A stretch of DNA of 64,000 nt from Patescibacteria group bacterium (GCA_041749335.1 JBGTBM010000010.1:4533-68532), one strand, 5' to 3'. Numbered from the stretch's first letter, positions 49,004 to 59,092 are shown. The notes: a model not told the origin generated them from the letters alone. A program made the numbers and translations.

Positions 49004-49396
49004 TTATCCTTTGCTTAAAACGTATAAAGTACTAACAATCCACTGATAAAATTCTCCTCCGCTCGTATAAATATCCACAGAATCAACATTAATATAATTT
49101 TCGCAGTCTTCTTTTTGACTGCAGACTTCGACATCGCATGTAATAGGAAGTTCATTTTTCAATGTATCGGCAACCTTTTCAATGCTATATTTGGCGCCTT
49201 CAATTAATACTATTACCGCCGCAATTCTCGCACTCTCCGGATCACTGAAGCTAACCAGATAATCTCCAATAATTTGGCAGTATCTATTATTTTTTGCTCG
49301 AATTTTTGCATCGTCCAAACAGATCTTGTCCGCTTCCATCACCCCGTTCCTTTCACCTCTGCCCGATATTGCGATTGGTTTTCTGGAATTATCCAT
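49004..49396 (-). CDS. hypothetical protein, paralog family A (copy 1)
   Basis: Shares …IIGDYLVSFSDPESARIAAVIVLIEGAKYSIEKVA… with the gene at 49782 (…IVGKFMIRYGDPHDDVFVAAVWLIKGCKYSVAEVA…). Confidence 0.3.
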   Translation of the reverse strand: MDNSRKPIAISGRGERNGVMEADKICLDDAKIRAKNNRYCQIIGDYLVSFSDPESARIAAVIVLIEGAKYSIEKVADTLKNELPITCDVEVCSQKEDCENYINVDSVDIYTSGGEFYQWIVSTLYVLSKG

Positions 49397-49432
49397 CCAA
49401 TTTACTGATTTTTTATATTTTATTTTAAAGAG

Positions 49433-49693
49433 CTAGCGGCGTCTAGAATCTCGGTCGCTGTTATTTCCTTCATCGTCATTATCGCCATCAAGTCGCCTAC
49501 CGGTGTTTTTATCAACATACCATCCCCGTTCACCATGACAAACACTACAAACGCCTCTTTCCCAGTTATCATACCCATCTCCTAAATATACTCTACAGGT
49601 ACCGCATCCGCATGTAGTATTGCCATTACAATGAGGACATTTTCTCCATTCTTTACTCATCTTTCCTGCTCCAACGGTTAACCTTAACCGCAA
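49433..49693 (-). CDS. Cys/Gly-rich small protein (DnaJ-type CxxCxG zinc-finger-like)
   Basis: CPHCNGNTTCGCGTC…CSVCHGERG. Acidic/Arg-rich tail. Confidence 0.3.
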   Translation of the reverse strand: MRLRLTVGAGKMSKEWRKCPHCNGNTTCGCGTCRVYLGDGYDNWERGVCSVCHGERGWYVDKNTGRRLDGDNDDEGNNSDRDSRRR

Positions 49694-49781
49694 ATCTTCA
49701 TATGATACTATTATATAATCCTTAAACTTGTCAAATCATTTTATAAAATAAAAAGTGCCACAGGGACACTCTTAAAATATT

Positions 49782-50252
49782 CTATGCCAAGCTCATTAGC
49801 TCTAATGTGCTAACCACGCGTTTTTGAAACTCAAAGTAGTGATCATTCCATTCGTATCGCATATCACTCCAATCCAAATCGATATGCATTACCTCAAACC
49901 ACGGTTCGTCCCTAACTTCTATACTGCTTGATCTGGGAAATTGTTCTTTCAAAATCCGGGCTACCTCGGCGACAGAATACTTGCAGCCTTTAATCAGCCA
50001 TACCGCAGCCACAAAAACGTCATCATGGGGATCTCCATATCGGATCATAAATTTTCCCACTATCTTATAGTATTCATTATCCCCTATTCTTTCCAGAGCA
50101 TCTGAAAGAACAATATAACTGTTCATCACCGTCTCCTCCTCTATATTGACTATGCAAAATATATCAATAATAAATTTCTTCGTCAATTCAATAATTGATA
50201 TCTTGACATTGTACTTAGATTTTATATTATTATTTTGCTCTTTGTTTACCAA
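49782..50252 (-). CDS. hypothetical protein, paralog family A (copy 2); true start may be internal Met (MNSYIVLSD)
   Basis: Aligns with the gene at 49004 over ~110 aa. Confidence 0.3.
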   Translation of the reverse strand: MVNKEQNNNIKSKYNVKISIIELTKKFIIDIFCIVNIEEETVMNSYIVLSDALERIGDNEYYKIVGKFMIRYGDPHDDVFVAAVWLIKGCKYSVAEVARILKEQFPRSSSIEVRDEPWFEVMHIDLDWSDMRYEWNDHYFEFQKRVVSTLELMSLA

Positions 50253-50264
50253 GGAGGATTTAAC

Positions 50265-50534
50265 TTGCAGCTAATTGATCAGCATGGAAATGAAATACTA
50301 ATATCAGCCGGTTTTAGAATCTTTTACCAGCCGGATACTAAATGTATTATTTTCAGCTCCCCCAATAGCCGTAAGCTATATTTTCGCTCTCATGAAGATA
50401 AATATTTTATTGAATTAAATAATCAAAATCAATTCGTCAGACTGGCTCATCTACTTGCAGAACTTAATCACTTAAAGATCAAACCCTGTTTTTCTCCTTC
50501 CGGCATGTACGCTTGCGAATTTGAGAATATTTAA
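50265..50534 (+). CDS. hypothetical protein, probable TTG start
   Basis: AAGGAGG 7 nt upstream of in-frame TTG at 50265. The track's ATG at 50235 lacks an RBS. Confidence 0.3.
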   Translation: MQLIDQHGNEILISAGFRIFYQPDTKCIIFSSPNSRKLYFRSHEDKYFIELNNQNQFVRLAHLLAELNHLKIKPCFSPSGMYACEFENI

Positions 50535-50682
50535 TCTTTATGTTAAGCGCTATAGACACCTTACAAGTGTCTATTTTTTAATATATGTGATGATCAAAAT
50601 AATAATATTGACATAATTAACCAGCAAAGTAATAATAATTTTATCTTTCGCGCACCTTATTTTCAACCCGGGAGAAAAGAAG

Positions 50683-51171
50683 ATGTATGATCTTGAAAAG
50701 ATCAGAGAATTAACGGCCTTGTGGGTAAAGGAGCGTCTCCACCGCCATCGTGATGCTTATACCGCAGCAATCTATTTTTTACTAAGCGATCAGTACTCTG
50801 TCGTAAATGAAGGATTGGATCTGCTTAATTGGTCACTAAATCAAGCAATCGCTTTAAACGAATGCGGCCGGCACGCCATGCCACTCGAAGAAGAGGCTCG
50901 TAAGCAAATTTCCGCGCTTGCCAAACATCAACCGAATTTACCCAAGATTTTGAAAAATTTTGGATCGATGCTGATTCACAATAATATTCCTGACCCAAAA
51001 ACCAAAGAGGTTTTATATCAGTTATTCTTGCATGAATTCACTACTCCCGAAATAGTGGGAAGCTCCGCCAAATTTACTGAACTTGATAAGGAATGCAGAG
51101 CTTTGTCGGAATATTTTCACCTGGGTATCAGCACCTTAAGAAGAGCATTGACTTTAATAATGAATAAATAA
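50683..51171 (+). CDS. hypothetical protein
   Basis: GGGAGA RBS; terminator-like hairpin downstream. Confidence 0.35.
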   Translation: MYDLEKIRELTALWVKERLHRHRDAYTAAIYFLLSDQYSVVNEGLDLLNWSLNQAIALNECGRHAMPLEEEARKQISALAKHQPNLPKILKNFGSMLIHNNIPDPKTKEVLYQLFLHEFTTPEIVGSSAKFTELDKECRALSEYFHLGISTLRRALTLIMNK

Positions 51172-51317
51172 AGACGCATAAGAAGCCTTCGGTCCACCCC
51201 GAGGGTTATTTTTTATTATAAAATATTAAACCAAATTTTCCCAATGGAATTTTATATTTAATATTCAAATCATGCTATTTTTGTTATATTAATAATATTA
51301 TCAATTATTAGTAAACT

Positions 51318-51818
51318 ATGAAAAAACGATCAACTCTAATTATGCCGCTACTTACTATGGCGCTTATGGCGCTGACATTGGCCGGATTTAGCTGCAGCCA
51401 AGAAAAAGATGATACTGCCGACAAATTACCTGATTCTACACAAACAAACGGAATTGAAGAACCGACAGATGTTGATAGCGAGAAGCCACAGCTTACAGAA
51501 AAACCTGCTTATGTCGGCACCTGGGAAAGAACCATTATTTACGAAAATGATGTGCCGGTAATTGAAGCTTATGCCGAGCTGGTTATGACTGAAACTAATA
51601 CTTTTACTTCAGAAAACGAATCTTGCGAAGTTGAAGGACAAGTAACCGACCATGGAAATAATCAATATACGCTTACCCCAACCAAAACTACCTGCCCCGA
51701 AGATGATCCGGTTAAATATGATTATAAAATTTATACTGAAAATAACATGAAAAAAATGCTGACTATCATCGTCGGACAGACGCCAAAAATCTCCGAAGAG
51801 TACAACTGGGTAGAATAA
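51318..51818 (+). CDS. lipoprotein, hypothetical
   Basis: Signal peptide plus lipobox LAGFSC. Confidence 0.4.
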   Translation: MKKRSTLIMPLLTMALMALTLAGFSCSQEKDDTADKLPDSTQTNGIEEPTDVDSEKPQLTEKPAYVGTWERTIIYENDVPVIEAYAELVMTETNTFTSENESCEVEGQVTDHGNNQYTLTPTKTTCPEDDPVKYDYKIYTENNMKKMLTIIVGQTPKISEEYNWVE

Positions 51819-51916
51819 ATATTTTTAAAACAGGTAAGATGATTTTACCTGTTTTTTATTAACAAAAAAGCGAGTTATTCCCGCTTTGTATAATGTACAA
51901 TTTGATAAATCAGCGA

Positions 51917-52621
51917 TTATCGCTTTTCACGATAGCCAGCTTTGATATCGACTGTTTTTACTAATGTTTCCAACATCGCTTCGCTGCGTTCCGACAAACA
52001 ATATCGAATATGCTCCCTTTCCATGAAATTCCAAATACTTTCGTCGTCGCCCGGTTTAATCGCAGTAAATAGATGTTCCTGCATAAACTTAATAAATTCT
52101 TGCTCCAGTTCATCCCGCACTGCCCGATCTCGCTCGGAAAGATTAGAAGGAACCCCGATGTATTGAATCTTATATTTTGAGCCCAGCACCCAGTCAAAAA
52201 TCAGTTTAGAGCGCTCTATATGATATTCCGAAGTAATTACCGCTACAGTAAATATCCTACGCGGAATCAAGCACTTGATTTTGGCAAACCAAGCGTTTCC
52301 GATGGTATCGTAAGAATTTTCTTCGCACAAAATGTCATTTTCGCCCACATCAAAACGGTCTATCAGATACTTTTTCCCGACCTGCGCCTCACTTTGCGCT
52401 CCCGAGATATTTGGATCGATGCCAATTCGCTTGGAGTATTTGCCAGTGGTTATAATATAATCGACCTCACGGGTGATATAGAGCTCATATGCTTTACTAA
52501 GCCTAACCTCTACTTGCAGTCCCGGTAAATATATCTTCAAATCATCTTTTTCTGCTACACGCAACCCCCCGCCCAAAACTATCGCCACCGATTTTAAAGA
52601 GCTATCATCACTTTCGGTCAT
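51917..52621 (-). CDS. DUF218/YdcF (ElyC/SanA-like) family protein
   Basis: VAIVLGGG…ITTGKY…SYDTIGNAWF…VITSEYHIERS pattern. Confidence 0.55.
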   Translation of the reverse strand: MTESDDSSLKSVAIVLGGGLRVAEKDDLKIYLPGLQVEVRLSKAYELYITREVDYIITTGKYSKRIGIDPNISGAQSEAQVGKKYLIDRFDVGENDILCEENSYDTIGNAWFAKIKCLIPRRIFTVAVITSEYHIERSKLIFDWVLGSKYKIQYIGVPSNLSERDRAVRDELEQEFIKFMQEHLFTAIKPGDDESIWNFMEREHIRYCLSERSEAMLETLVKTVDIKAGYREKR

Positions 52622-52833
52622 CCGTCCCTCCTAGACCTGGATATCAATTTTTAGCTGTGGCATTAAATATATCTTATTTTTAGATATTGGTCAATAATAT
52701 CTAGTGGCTAGCAGATAATTTATTAATTTTTCATAAAATAACTACTGATCTTCATTCTTAATAATTCTAACAATAAATATTTTATTAACTAAATTATTAA
52801 AAATACAGCTAACTTAATAGCTGTATAAATTTT

Positions 52834-53292
52834 TTATTCAAGCTCTAGATAATATAAACTGGTTTCTTTTTGTTTAAAACCAAGCGATTGATAAAGCTTA
52901 TTGGCTGCAATTCTTTGAGGATTGCTGGTAAGATTTATATATTTAATTCCTTTTTCACCGCAATAATCAATAAGATGCTGGATAATTTTTTTTCCAACCC
53001 CTAATCCACGATATTTTTCATTGACAACAAAATCTTCAATTAAAGCGCCAATACCGGAAGGAATTTTATAAATAACTAAAGTTGCTGTTCCTATTAACTG
53101 ATATCCATTGAAAGCGCAAAAAATGTGCGTTCCCATGCTATTAACTATGTCATCAAAATATGAATAAGGTTGAATTTCAATATTTTCCGATAATTGAGGG
53201 AGCAAGGCAACTATTTGGCGATAAATCCCTTGATTGAGCGCAAACAGCTTTTGTATGCGAACTTCCATTTTTACTCCTTTTATAATGTGCAA
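52834..53292 (-). CDS. GNAT family N-acetyltransferase
   Basis: Acetyl-CoA loop RGLGVGKKIIQHL. Confidence 0.7.
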   Translation of the reverse strand: MHIIKGVKMEVRIQKLFALNQGIYRQIVALLPQLSENIEIQPYSYFDDIVNSMGTHIFCAFNGYQLIGTATLVIYKIPSGIGALIEDFVVNEKYRGLGVGKKIIQHLIDYCGEKGIKYINLTSNPQRIAANKLYQSLGFKQKETSLYYLELE

Positions 53293-53593
53293 ACTTCTCT
53301 TTGTTCGTGTTATTTTATGTTAATTTATATATTTAGTCAATTATTATAATTGTTTAGTCGGGTTCGGATAATTGGCTTTTTAGAATAAAACAGTAGTCGC
53401 CTTTGACTTAAATACCGCCCTTATTTAGACGATAATCTCGATAAAGCCGAAATTTTATTTTATTATTTTAAATAAGATCTAAAATTTTCAATCTTTTAAT
53501 TTACCGCCGTTTTTTCTTTTTAACTACCCCCACACTACGCAAACTTGCTTTTTACGCCGTATTTGCTTAAATATTAAACATGGGAGGTGGCCA

Positions 53594-53833
53594 ATGAAAC
53601 CGCAATTAATGCTGATATTTCTTATTGGCGGAGCATTGTTTTTTATGTGGCTTCTCCAAACCATAAAAAATTATTGGCATCGCCGCCACTGCCAGCAATG
53701 CGGGAGCAGGGCGCCCAGAATCATAAAATTAGTAAATAAAAATGTTGCGGCCGGAGCGGGATATTTCGGCAATGAATATAAGTCTATTTGTCCAAACTGC
53801 GGCGATTCCTACACCTACATCACTGGTCTGTAG
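53594..53833 (+). CDS. TM-anchored small zinc-ribbon protein
   Basis: N-terminal TM. CQQCGS…CPNCGD. GGGAGGTG RBS. Confidence 0.35.
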   Translation: MKPQLMLIFLIGGALFFMWLLQTIKNYWHRRHCQQCGSRAPRIIKLVNKNVAAGAGYFGNEYKSICPNCGDSYTYITGL

Positions 53834-54022
53834 CTATACGGAAATTGAATATCATGAAAATCGTTCATTGTGCAAATTATCTATTCTTTCCTCGGCTCTT
53901 ACCCCATCCAGCGCAAAATCTCACATGAGAAAGTAGCGCTGGCTTTTTTTAAAAAAAATTAGCTTACTTATACCATATGCTATTCTTAATACGTCATAAT
54001 TTATTTCTTGTGTCCATCAGCT

Positions 54023-54586
54023 TTAATCCATACTTTCCGTCTTCACGCTCTGCGCGATGATTACCGCATCAGCAATCACCGTCCGGGGAATATCCTCCGG
54101 CGTAGCTACCCCGATATCCTGCAAATCGGCAAAAAATGCATAAGTATCATTGCGGCCAATCTCATCTAATATTTTGGTGCCTATGGTTATTTTAGCCACA
54201 TCCCACACCGTAATAGTAAAGATGGAATAATATCCCGCAACATCGCTGACATTTTCCTCGTTCGTTGGATAATAAAAATTAAAATATTCAAGCGGAACTA
54301 GCCGGTCGCGATCAATATTTTCCGGAATATTTTGGATAATGCGATAACCCTGCCATCTCTTGGGCATCGTAAAACTTATACCATATTTCGCACTATGATA
54401 ATTTATTCCGTCGGTGGTCATAAGCTCATTATCGCTTATTAAACCCGCCTCATTTTTAATTACTGTTTCGCTCTCATTTATGGTTCCTGCCTGATCGTTT
54501 CTAATTTCCCCGCAACCCGCCATTATAAATCCCACTGATAGCAATAAAACACTGATTACTATTTTTGTTTTTCTTTTATTATTCAT
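54023..54586 (-). CDS. lipoprotein, hypothetical
   Basis: Signal peptide plus lipobox MAGCGE. Confidence 0.4.
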   Translation of the reverse strand: MNNKRKTKIVISVLLLSVGFIMAGCGEIRNDQAGTINESETVIKNEAGLISDNELMTTDGINYHSAKYGISFTMPKRWQGYRIIQNIPENIDRDRLVPLEYFNFYYPTNEENVSDVAGYYSIFTITVWDVAKITIGTKILDEIGRNDTYAFFADLQDIGVATPEDIPRTVIADAVIIAQSVKTESMD

Positions 54587-54784
54587 TATAATTATTTTGG
54601 ATATTTAATATATAATTTAGATATTTCACGCCTCCAACTAAGCTTAATCATTTTATTTTAAATTTTTGAAAAATTATCATTTTTATAAACATAACACAAA
54701 TAAGACAAAAACTGAACTTTAATAATAATTGACTTTTGCTTGACTACTTATTAATATATAGGTAATCATCGCAAAGGAGATGTC

Positions 54785-55000
54785 ATGACAACTACCAGAA
54801 ACATTAAAGTAAATTGTGCAAAATGCGGCGAATATTTGTATGATTCTGACAAAAATGAATTTACAATGTGTCACTCATGCCGAAATGAAGAGATTGAACA
54901 AGCTAAATTAGAAAGAGAGAATAGACTTCAAAAAATTAGAGAAGTGGAAAATAATAGCTGGAATGTTCGTAAGGAGCACCCCGATAGCGAAATGTACTAA
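54785..55000 (+). CDS. small zinc-ribbon protein, subtype a
   Basis: CAKCGEYLYDSD…CHSCRNE. AAAGGAGA RBS; terminator at 55012-55037. Confidence 0.5.
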   Translation: MTTTRNIKVNCAKCGEYLYDSDKNEFTMCHSCRNEEIEQAKLERENRLQKIREVENNSWNVRKEHPDSEMY

Positions 55001-55113
55001 TTGTTCATTTTATCCGACCATAAAGTCGGATTTTTATTTAATATTGACATTTTACTATCATAAGCTATTTTGTATACAAATAATGTTCATTGCCAAACAT
55101 CTAGGAGATTCCA

Positions 55114-55350
55114 ATGGGCCAAGCAAGATGTTGTAAATGCGGAAATGTATTTGAATCCGATAGACTAGCTTATTGCGGAAATGATTTTTGTCCCGATTGC
55201 CGCGGAGATCCTCAAGATGACGTAATAGCGGCTCGGAAGGAAGCTTATCAGACATACTTAAATGATGGACTTGGCGAAGATGAAGCTGATCGCAAAGCCC
55301 GTGATTTTGTGAGAGAAGTCGAGCGCGAACGGGCTCGAAGGGGAAAATAA
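55114..55350 (+). CDS. small zinc-ribbon protein, subtype b
   Basis: CKCGN-x13-YCGNDFCPDCRG followed by a helical …VREVERERARRGK tail. GGAGA RBS. Confidence 0.5.
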   Translation: MGQARCCKCGNVFESDRLAYCGNDFCPDCRGDPQDDVIAARKEAYQTYLNDGLGEDEADRKARDFVREVERERARRGK

Positions 55351-55548
55351 ATGCCGATTCATGTTATTCGCTGCTACAAATGTAAAACCTATTTGTATGA
55401 TTCTGATCGGGAAGAAAGAGTTTATTGCGCCGACTGCCAGCAAGTTTTCAACGAAAGCAGAGAGCGCCAGGCGGAACTGCGAGAAGAAGGCCAGAAAGAG
55501 CGCGATCTTATCTGGAAAAAATATGTTGAAGACCCCACTCGGCGTTAA
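55351..55548 (+). CDS. small zinc-ribbon protein, subtype a
   Basis: CYKCKTYLYDSD…CADCQQ. Contiguous with the previous gene (TAA ATG). Confidence 0.5.
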   Translation: MPIHVIRCYKCKTYLYDSDREERVYCADCQQVFNESRERQAELREEGQKERDLIWKKYVEDPTRR

Positions 55549-55559
55549 AAGGAGTAATT

Positions 55560-55799
55560 ATGGAAGAATATCGGTGTAAGAAATGTGGAAATACCTACGA
55601 ATGTGTGAATAATATCTATTATCTAAGTAAAGATTTTTGCCCGGACTGTCGTGAGCCGATTATCCAAGACGTTAGTAATGCTGAAAAAGAAGCCTATTAT
55701 ACCTATCGTGATGAAGGCGATTCTCATTGGAAAGCCGCTGAAAAAGCTCACGAATTCGCTTTGAATGTGGGCCGCGAAAGGGTTAAGCGCGGATTATAA
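55560..55799 (+). CDS. small zinc-ribbon protein, subtype b
   Basis: CKKCGN-x14-LSKDFCPDCRE followed by a …VGRERVKRGL tail. AAAGGAG RBS; terminator at 55807-55831. Confidence 0.5.
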   Translation: MEEYRCKKCGNTYECVNNIYYLSKDFCPDCREPIIQDVSNAEKEAYYTYRDEGDSHWKAAEKAHEFALNVGRERVKRGL

Positions 55800-55894
55800 A
55801 AAAATAAACCGGCCATCAAGTCGGTTTTTTATTTAGATATGGTTTAATATCATAATATTTTTTGCCATTATTGCTTAGTTTAAAATTTTGCGTC

Positions 55895-56446
55895 TTAAAA
55901 ACTAATCAGCGGCTTTGTGTGTTTTGTTTTATCAATTCCCTTTACAGCCGTAATATAATTATAAATTAATTTTATATATGTGCTAAGCGCTAATACGCCA
56001 AAAATTGCCAAGGTCCACAGTGATCCATTTTTAATCTTCATGATCCAAATAATTAACGCGACTAATCCATACGTTAATAAAAGTGCTGCCGGTACCGCCA
56101 AAAATAAATAAATCAAAAAGTCCTTGCGTAATCGACCAATCTGCCAGGATTGATTTTTTTTGCAGGCAGAACATTTCTCCGGCAGAATCCTGGTAAATTT
56201 GCCCCGCTCGGCATCAGCTTTAATCTTATTAACCTTACTCTCTAGGTTTTGTAGCGCTTTCGCTTGAATAATTGTAGCTTCGGTATCGGTAAATTGATGA
56301 AATTCCTTATTGCTAACATAGCTCGTTTTGCTCTTGCCCTTCAACTCCTGCGAAAAAGAATTATGCGCCCCACAATTTTCGCAAGTGAAAGATATATTAA
56401 CTGATTTTTTTACATTTTGCGTGTAACTGGAAATGCGTTCTGTCAT
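55895..56446 (-). CDS. membrane protein with N-terminal zinc ribbon and two C-terminal TM helices
   Basis: CENCGA…CSACKK, then two hydrophobic helices. Last gene of the co-directional module starting at 59092. Confidence 0.35.
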   Translation of the reverse strand: MTERISSYTQNVKKSVNISFTCENCGAHNSFSQELKGKSKTSYVSNKEFHQFTDTEATIIQAKALQNLESKVNKIKADAERGKFTRILPEKCSACKKNQSWQIGRLRKDFLIYLFLAVPAALLLTYGLVALIIWIMKIKNGSLWTLAIFGVLALSTYIKLIYNYITAVKGIDKTKHTKPLISF

Positions 56447-56475
56447 AATATTTTCCTCCCGCTTTAATTAATTTT

Positions 56476-57993
56476 TTATTTTTCTGATCCCTTGCCAAAC
56501 ATCTTCCTCACTTCTTCCAAAATCCTCACCATCGCCATGGTATCCAGCGCGCAATATTGCAATAAATCTGCATAAATCTTTTTGCTTTCCTTTTCACTCG
56601 TTTTGGGATCAATCATCTCCCGCCATTTATTGGACGCGGTCTCGCCTTCCTGGATAGAAAGATCGGTATATTTAAGATCGGGGCACAGCACCGGCAGCAC
56701 TTGCTTAATACTGGCGCTCCCATGAAAGTCTTTATGCACATAGTAGCCTCTTTTAAATATCGCCATCAGATCAAACATGCGCTCATTCACATCCGCAAAA
56801 AATGAAGCGTACTCCGGGTACCGCTCGCCCATCTCTTTATTGCAGCCCTTTTCAAAACACATATTCCAGGCGATCACCGAGCCCTTGCCTCCGATTAATT
56901 TACTCAAGGCCTGCGCTAATCCCGGAGATGGATCCTGCCATCCTTTAGTCAAATACTCAAAATGCTGCAATTCCCCGCCTTTTATACCCTGAGTGGAGTC
57001 GAAGGGCTTCTCCTGAATGTGCAGAGAATATTGATAAGTCATGCGCTGATAAGGCCGATATTTATCAAAAAGCGGCACGCCGGGAGCGAAAGTTTCATAA
57101 TCTAAAAAATATAAGGGGTATTTAAGCTTCTGAAGTTCATCTTGGATATTATCTGGCTCAATATGGACTTCATTGTCTTTCTCGGCGCGGTAATGCCTAA
57201 GCCCTGCCTTGGAGGTCACCACTCCCTCGGGAATATCTTTAATCCTTATGATCCCTTCATCCAGCAGCATATTAAGCTTTTTCTCATTCAATCCGCCGGC
57301 AATGCTATAAATGGATTTATCGGGAATATCTTTCCAGCAATAATCCAAAAAAGTGCATTTATAAGGATTATTGCATTGCTTTAAGATCCGTACCTTAACC
57401 TCGGTCTTTTTCCGCATAATCTTCAAGGCGTTTTCAATCTGCAATTTTGTTTCGTCTTCCAAATATTTTACCTGATCGGTCACATCTTCTAGTTCCAGTA
57501 ATTTTTTCGGCTCAATCTTGCCAGATCGAACATATTGATTATTCACATGATAAATAAATAATTTACGCGTACGAATTCCCAATCCCTCCAGGCATAATTT
57601 CTGAAAAGCCAGATCGTAAATATTAATGTCTTTGACCGAGGTGGAGGATTTTACTTCATAAATATCAAAAGACTCTTTATCTTTACTCCTTTTAATAATA
57701 TCATTGCGGCTAAATAAATTATTGCCGCTGAAGGTCGGCTGAAAAATAATCGGCGCGCCATTTTTAATCAGTTCTTTGGTTTTAATAATTGACTTTTTAA
57801 TATCGTCCTTGACTTCGGCGTCCACGCCGCCGGAAAATAATTCATAGGCGTATTCCTCCACCCGATACCCTTCATCAAATATTTTTTGCTGATTTAAGTC
57901 CACCTCTTCCGGTAATAAATCCTTGCGGTTTTTATACAGCCATAAATATTTCTTGCATTGGATATATTTTAGAAAATCGGATTTAGTTAGCAT
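56476..57993 (-). CDS. DUF2779-family protein (predicted RecB/Cas4-like PD-(D/E)xK nuclease)
   Basis: N-terminal MLTKSDFLKYIQCKKYLWL is the hallmark start of DUF2779 proteins. ~500 aa. Asp/Glu/Lys-containing core motifs. Confidence 0.5.
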   Translation of the reverse strand: MLTKSDFLKYIQCKKYLWLYKNRKDLLPEEVDLNQQKIFDEGYRVEEYAYELFSGGVDAEVKDDIKKSIIKTKELIKNGAPIIFQPTFSGNNLFSRNDIIKRSKDKESFDIYEVKSSTSVKDINIYDLAFQKLCLEGLGIRTRKLFIYHVNNQYVRSGKIEPKKLLELEDVTDQVKYLEDETKLQIENALKIMRKKTEVKVRILKQCNNPYKCTFLDYCWKDIPDKSIYSIAGGLNEKKLNMLLDEGIIRIKDIPEGVVTSKAGLRHYRAEKDNEVHIEPDNIQDELQKLKYPLYFLDYETFAPGVPLFDKYRPYQRMTYQYSLHIQEKPFDSTQGIKGGELQHFEYLTKGWQDPSPGLAQALSKLIGGKGSVIAWNMCFEKGCNKEMGERYPEYASFFADVNERMFDLMAIFKRGYYVHKDFHGSASIKQVLPVLCPDLKYTDLSIQEGETASNKWREMIDPKTSEKESKKIYADLLQYCALDTMAMVRILEEVRKMFGKGSEK

Positions 57994-58062
57994 TTTAATT
58001 ATTTTAATACAAATATAGTTCTATATTTTAAGATCACGGTTTTTCCTGACCTACAATTATAA

Positions 58063-58353
58063 TTATTTAATTTTAAATTTATTTTGATAGATTTGCTCCA
58101 ACATATCTATAGTAGCTTGAACCGAAGGATTTTCAGTATTTTTTAATATTATCTTTTCCTTAAATTCATCATTTAAGGAGCCTAAAAACTCGTCTGCCCA
58201 AGACGGGGTAAAAGTAATAACGCCAGCAAAATCAACAATAATATTTTCATCTTTGTCTACATCTCTCAATGATGGCTTAAAGGCTGAATAGGATTCCTTG
58301 CCAAATTGGCGGCCATTTAAATTAGTACCGAATTTTTTTAAATAGATTATCAT
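58063..58353 (-). CDS. DUF4325 (STAS-like) small protein
   Basis: …IIVDFAGVITFTPSWADEFLGSL… matches the STAS-like DUF4325 core. Confidence 0.45.
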   Translation of the reverse strand: MIIYLKKFGTNLNGRQFGKESYSAFKPSLRDVDKDENIIVDFAGVITFTPSWADEFLGSLNDEFKEKIILKNTENPSVQATIDMLEQIYQNKFKIK

Positions 58354-58354
58354 A

Positions 58355-59092
58355 TTAAAATTTTATTAAGACTAAGCATCCTTGTATATATATTTTAGAT
58401 TTATTTATATCTAAATCATGATCATTTTTTTGAATAGTAAGTTGCGCGTCCCCCGTAGTGAATTTCAAATCTATCTCATTAGAAACAACAACATTTTTTA
58501 CAAACTTTAAACCATTCCCGCGATACTCTGGCGATCGTCCCGAAATAATTTCCGTGAAAGCGACACGAAGAGCGTCTTGATGATTAGATAATTCCGGCTT
58601 TACTTTTTTTAATGTATTTAAAATTCCCCTCCCGCGATCAGCCAAAATGACTTGACCTTTATTTAAATCATAAGCAAAAAATATTCCCGGTACATCCGGC
58701 CAATTTCCCAAATTATGATCAAATGAATTATTTCCAATCTCACCCGTAATAGCTGATATCAACGGATAAATTTTGTTTAATCGGTAAACCTTTCCCAAAT
58801 CATTCTGTAATCTGGTCAAACGCCCTTGGAAAACCGAAATATCTTTGCAATAATAATCTGCCGGTACTTCACTTGACTTTTCAGCAGCAGCCCATCTTTC
58901 TGCCAGTTTGTATAAATTTTTCACATAATTATTAAGAAATTTATCAATATCAATTTCTTTATAATATCTATGCGATGTGTCTTTTTTGCGGATAGAAATA
59001 AGTCTTCCGGATTCATCCCACCGACGTAAAGTTTGGATAGACACCCCTATCCTTTCAGCAGCCTGACTTATTGTTAAAAATTTATTATTCAT
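58355..59092 (-). CDS. MerR-type HTH fused to GHKL (histidine-kinase/anti-sigma-factor-like) ATPase
   Basis: HTH LTISQAAERIGVSIQTLRRWDESGRL. GHKL N-box EIGNNSFDH, G1 ADRGRGI, G2 GNGLKF. Confidence 0.55.
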   Translation of the reverse strand: MNNKFLTISQAAERIGVSIQTLRRWDESGRLISIRKKDTSHRYYKEIDIDKFLNNYVKNLYKLAERWAAAEKSSEVPADYYCKDISVFQGRLTRLQNDLGKVYRLNKIYPLISAITGEIGNNSFDHNLGNWPDVPGIFFAYDLNKGQVILADRGRGILNTLKKVKPELSNHQDALRVAFTEIISGRSPEYRGNGLKFVKNVVVSNEIDLKFTTGDAQLTIQKNDHDLDINKSKIYIQGCLVLIKF

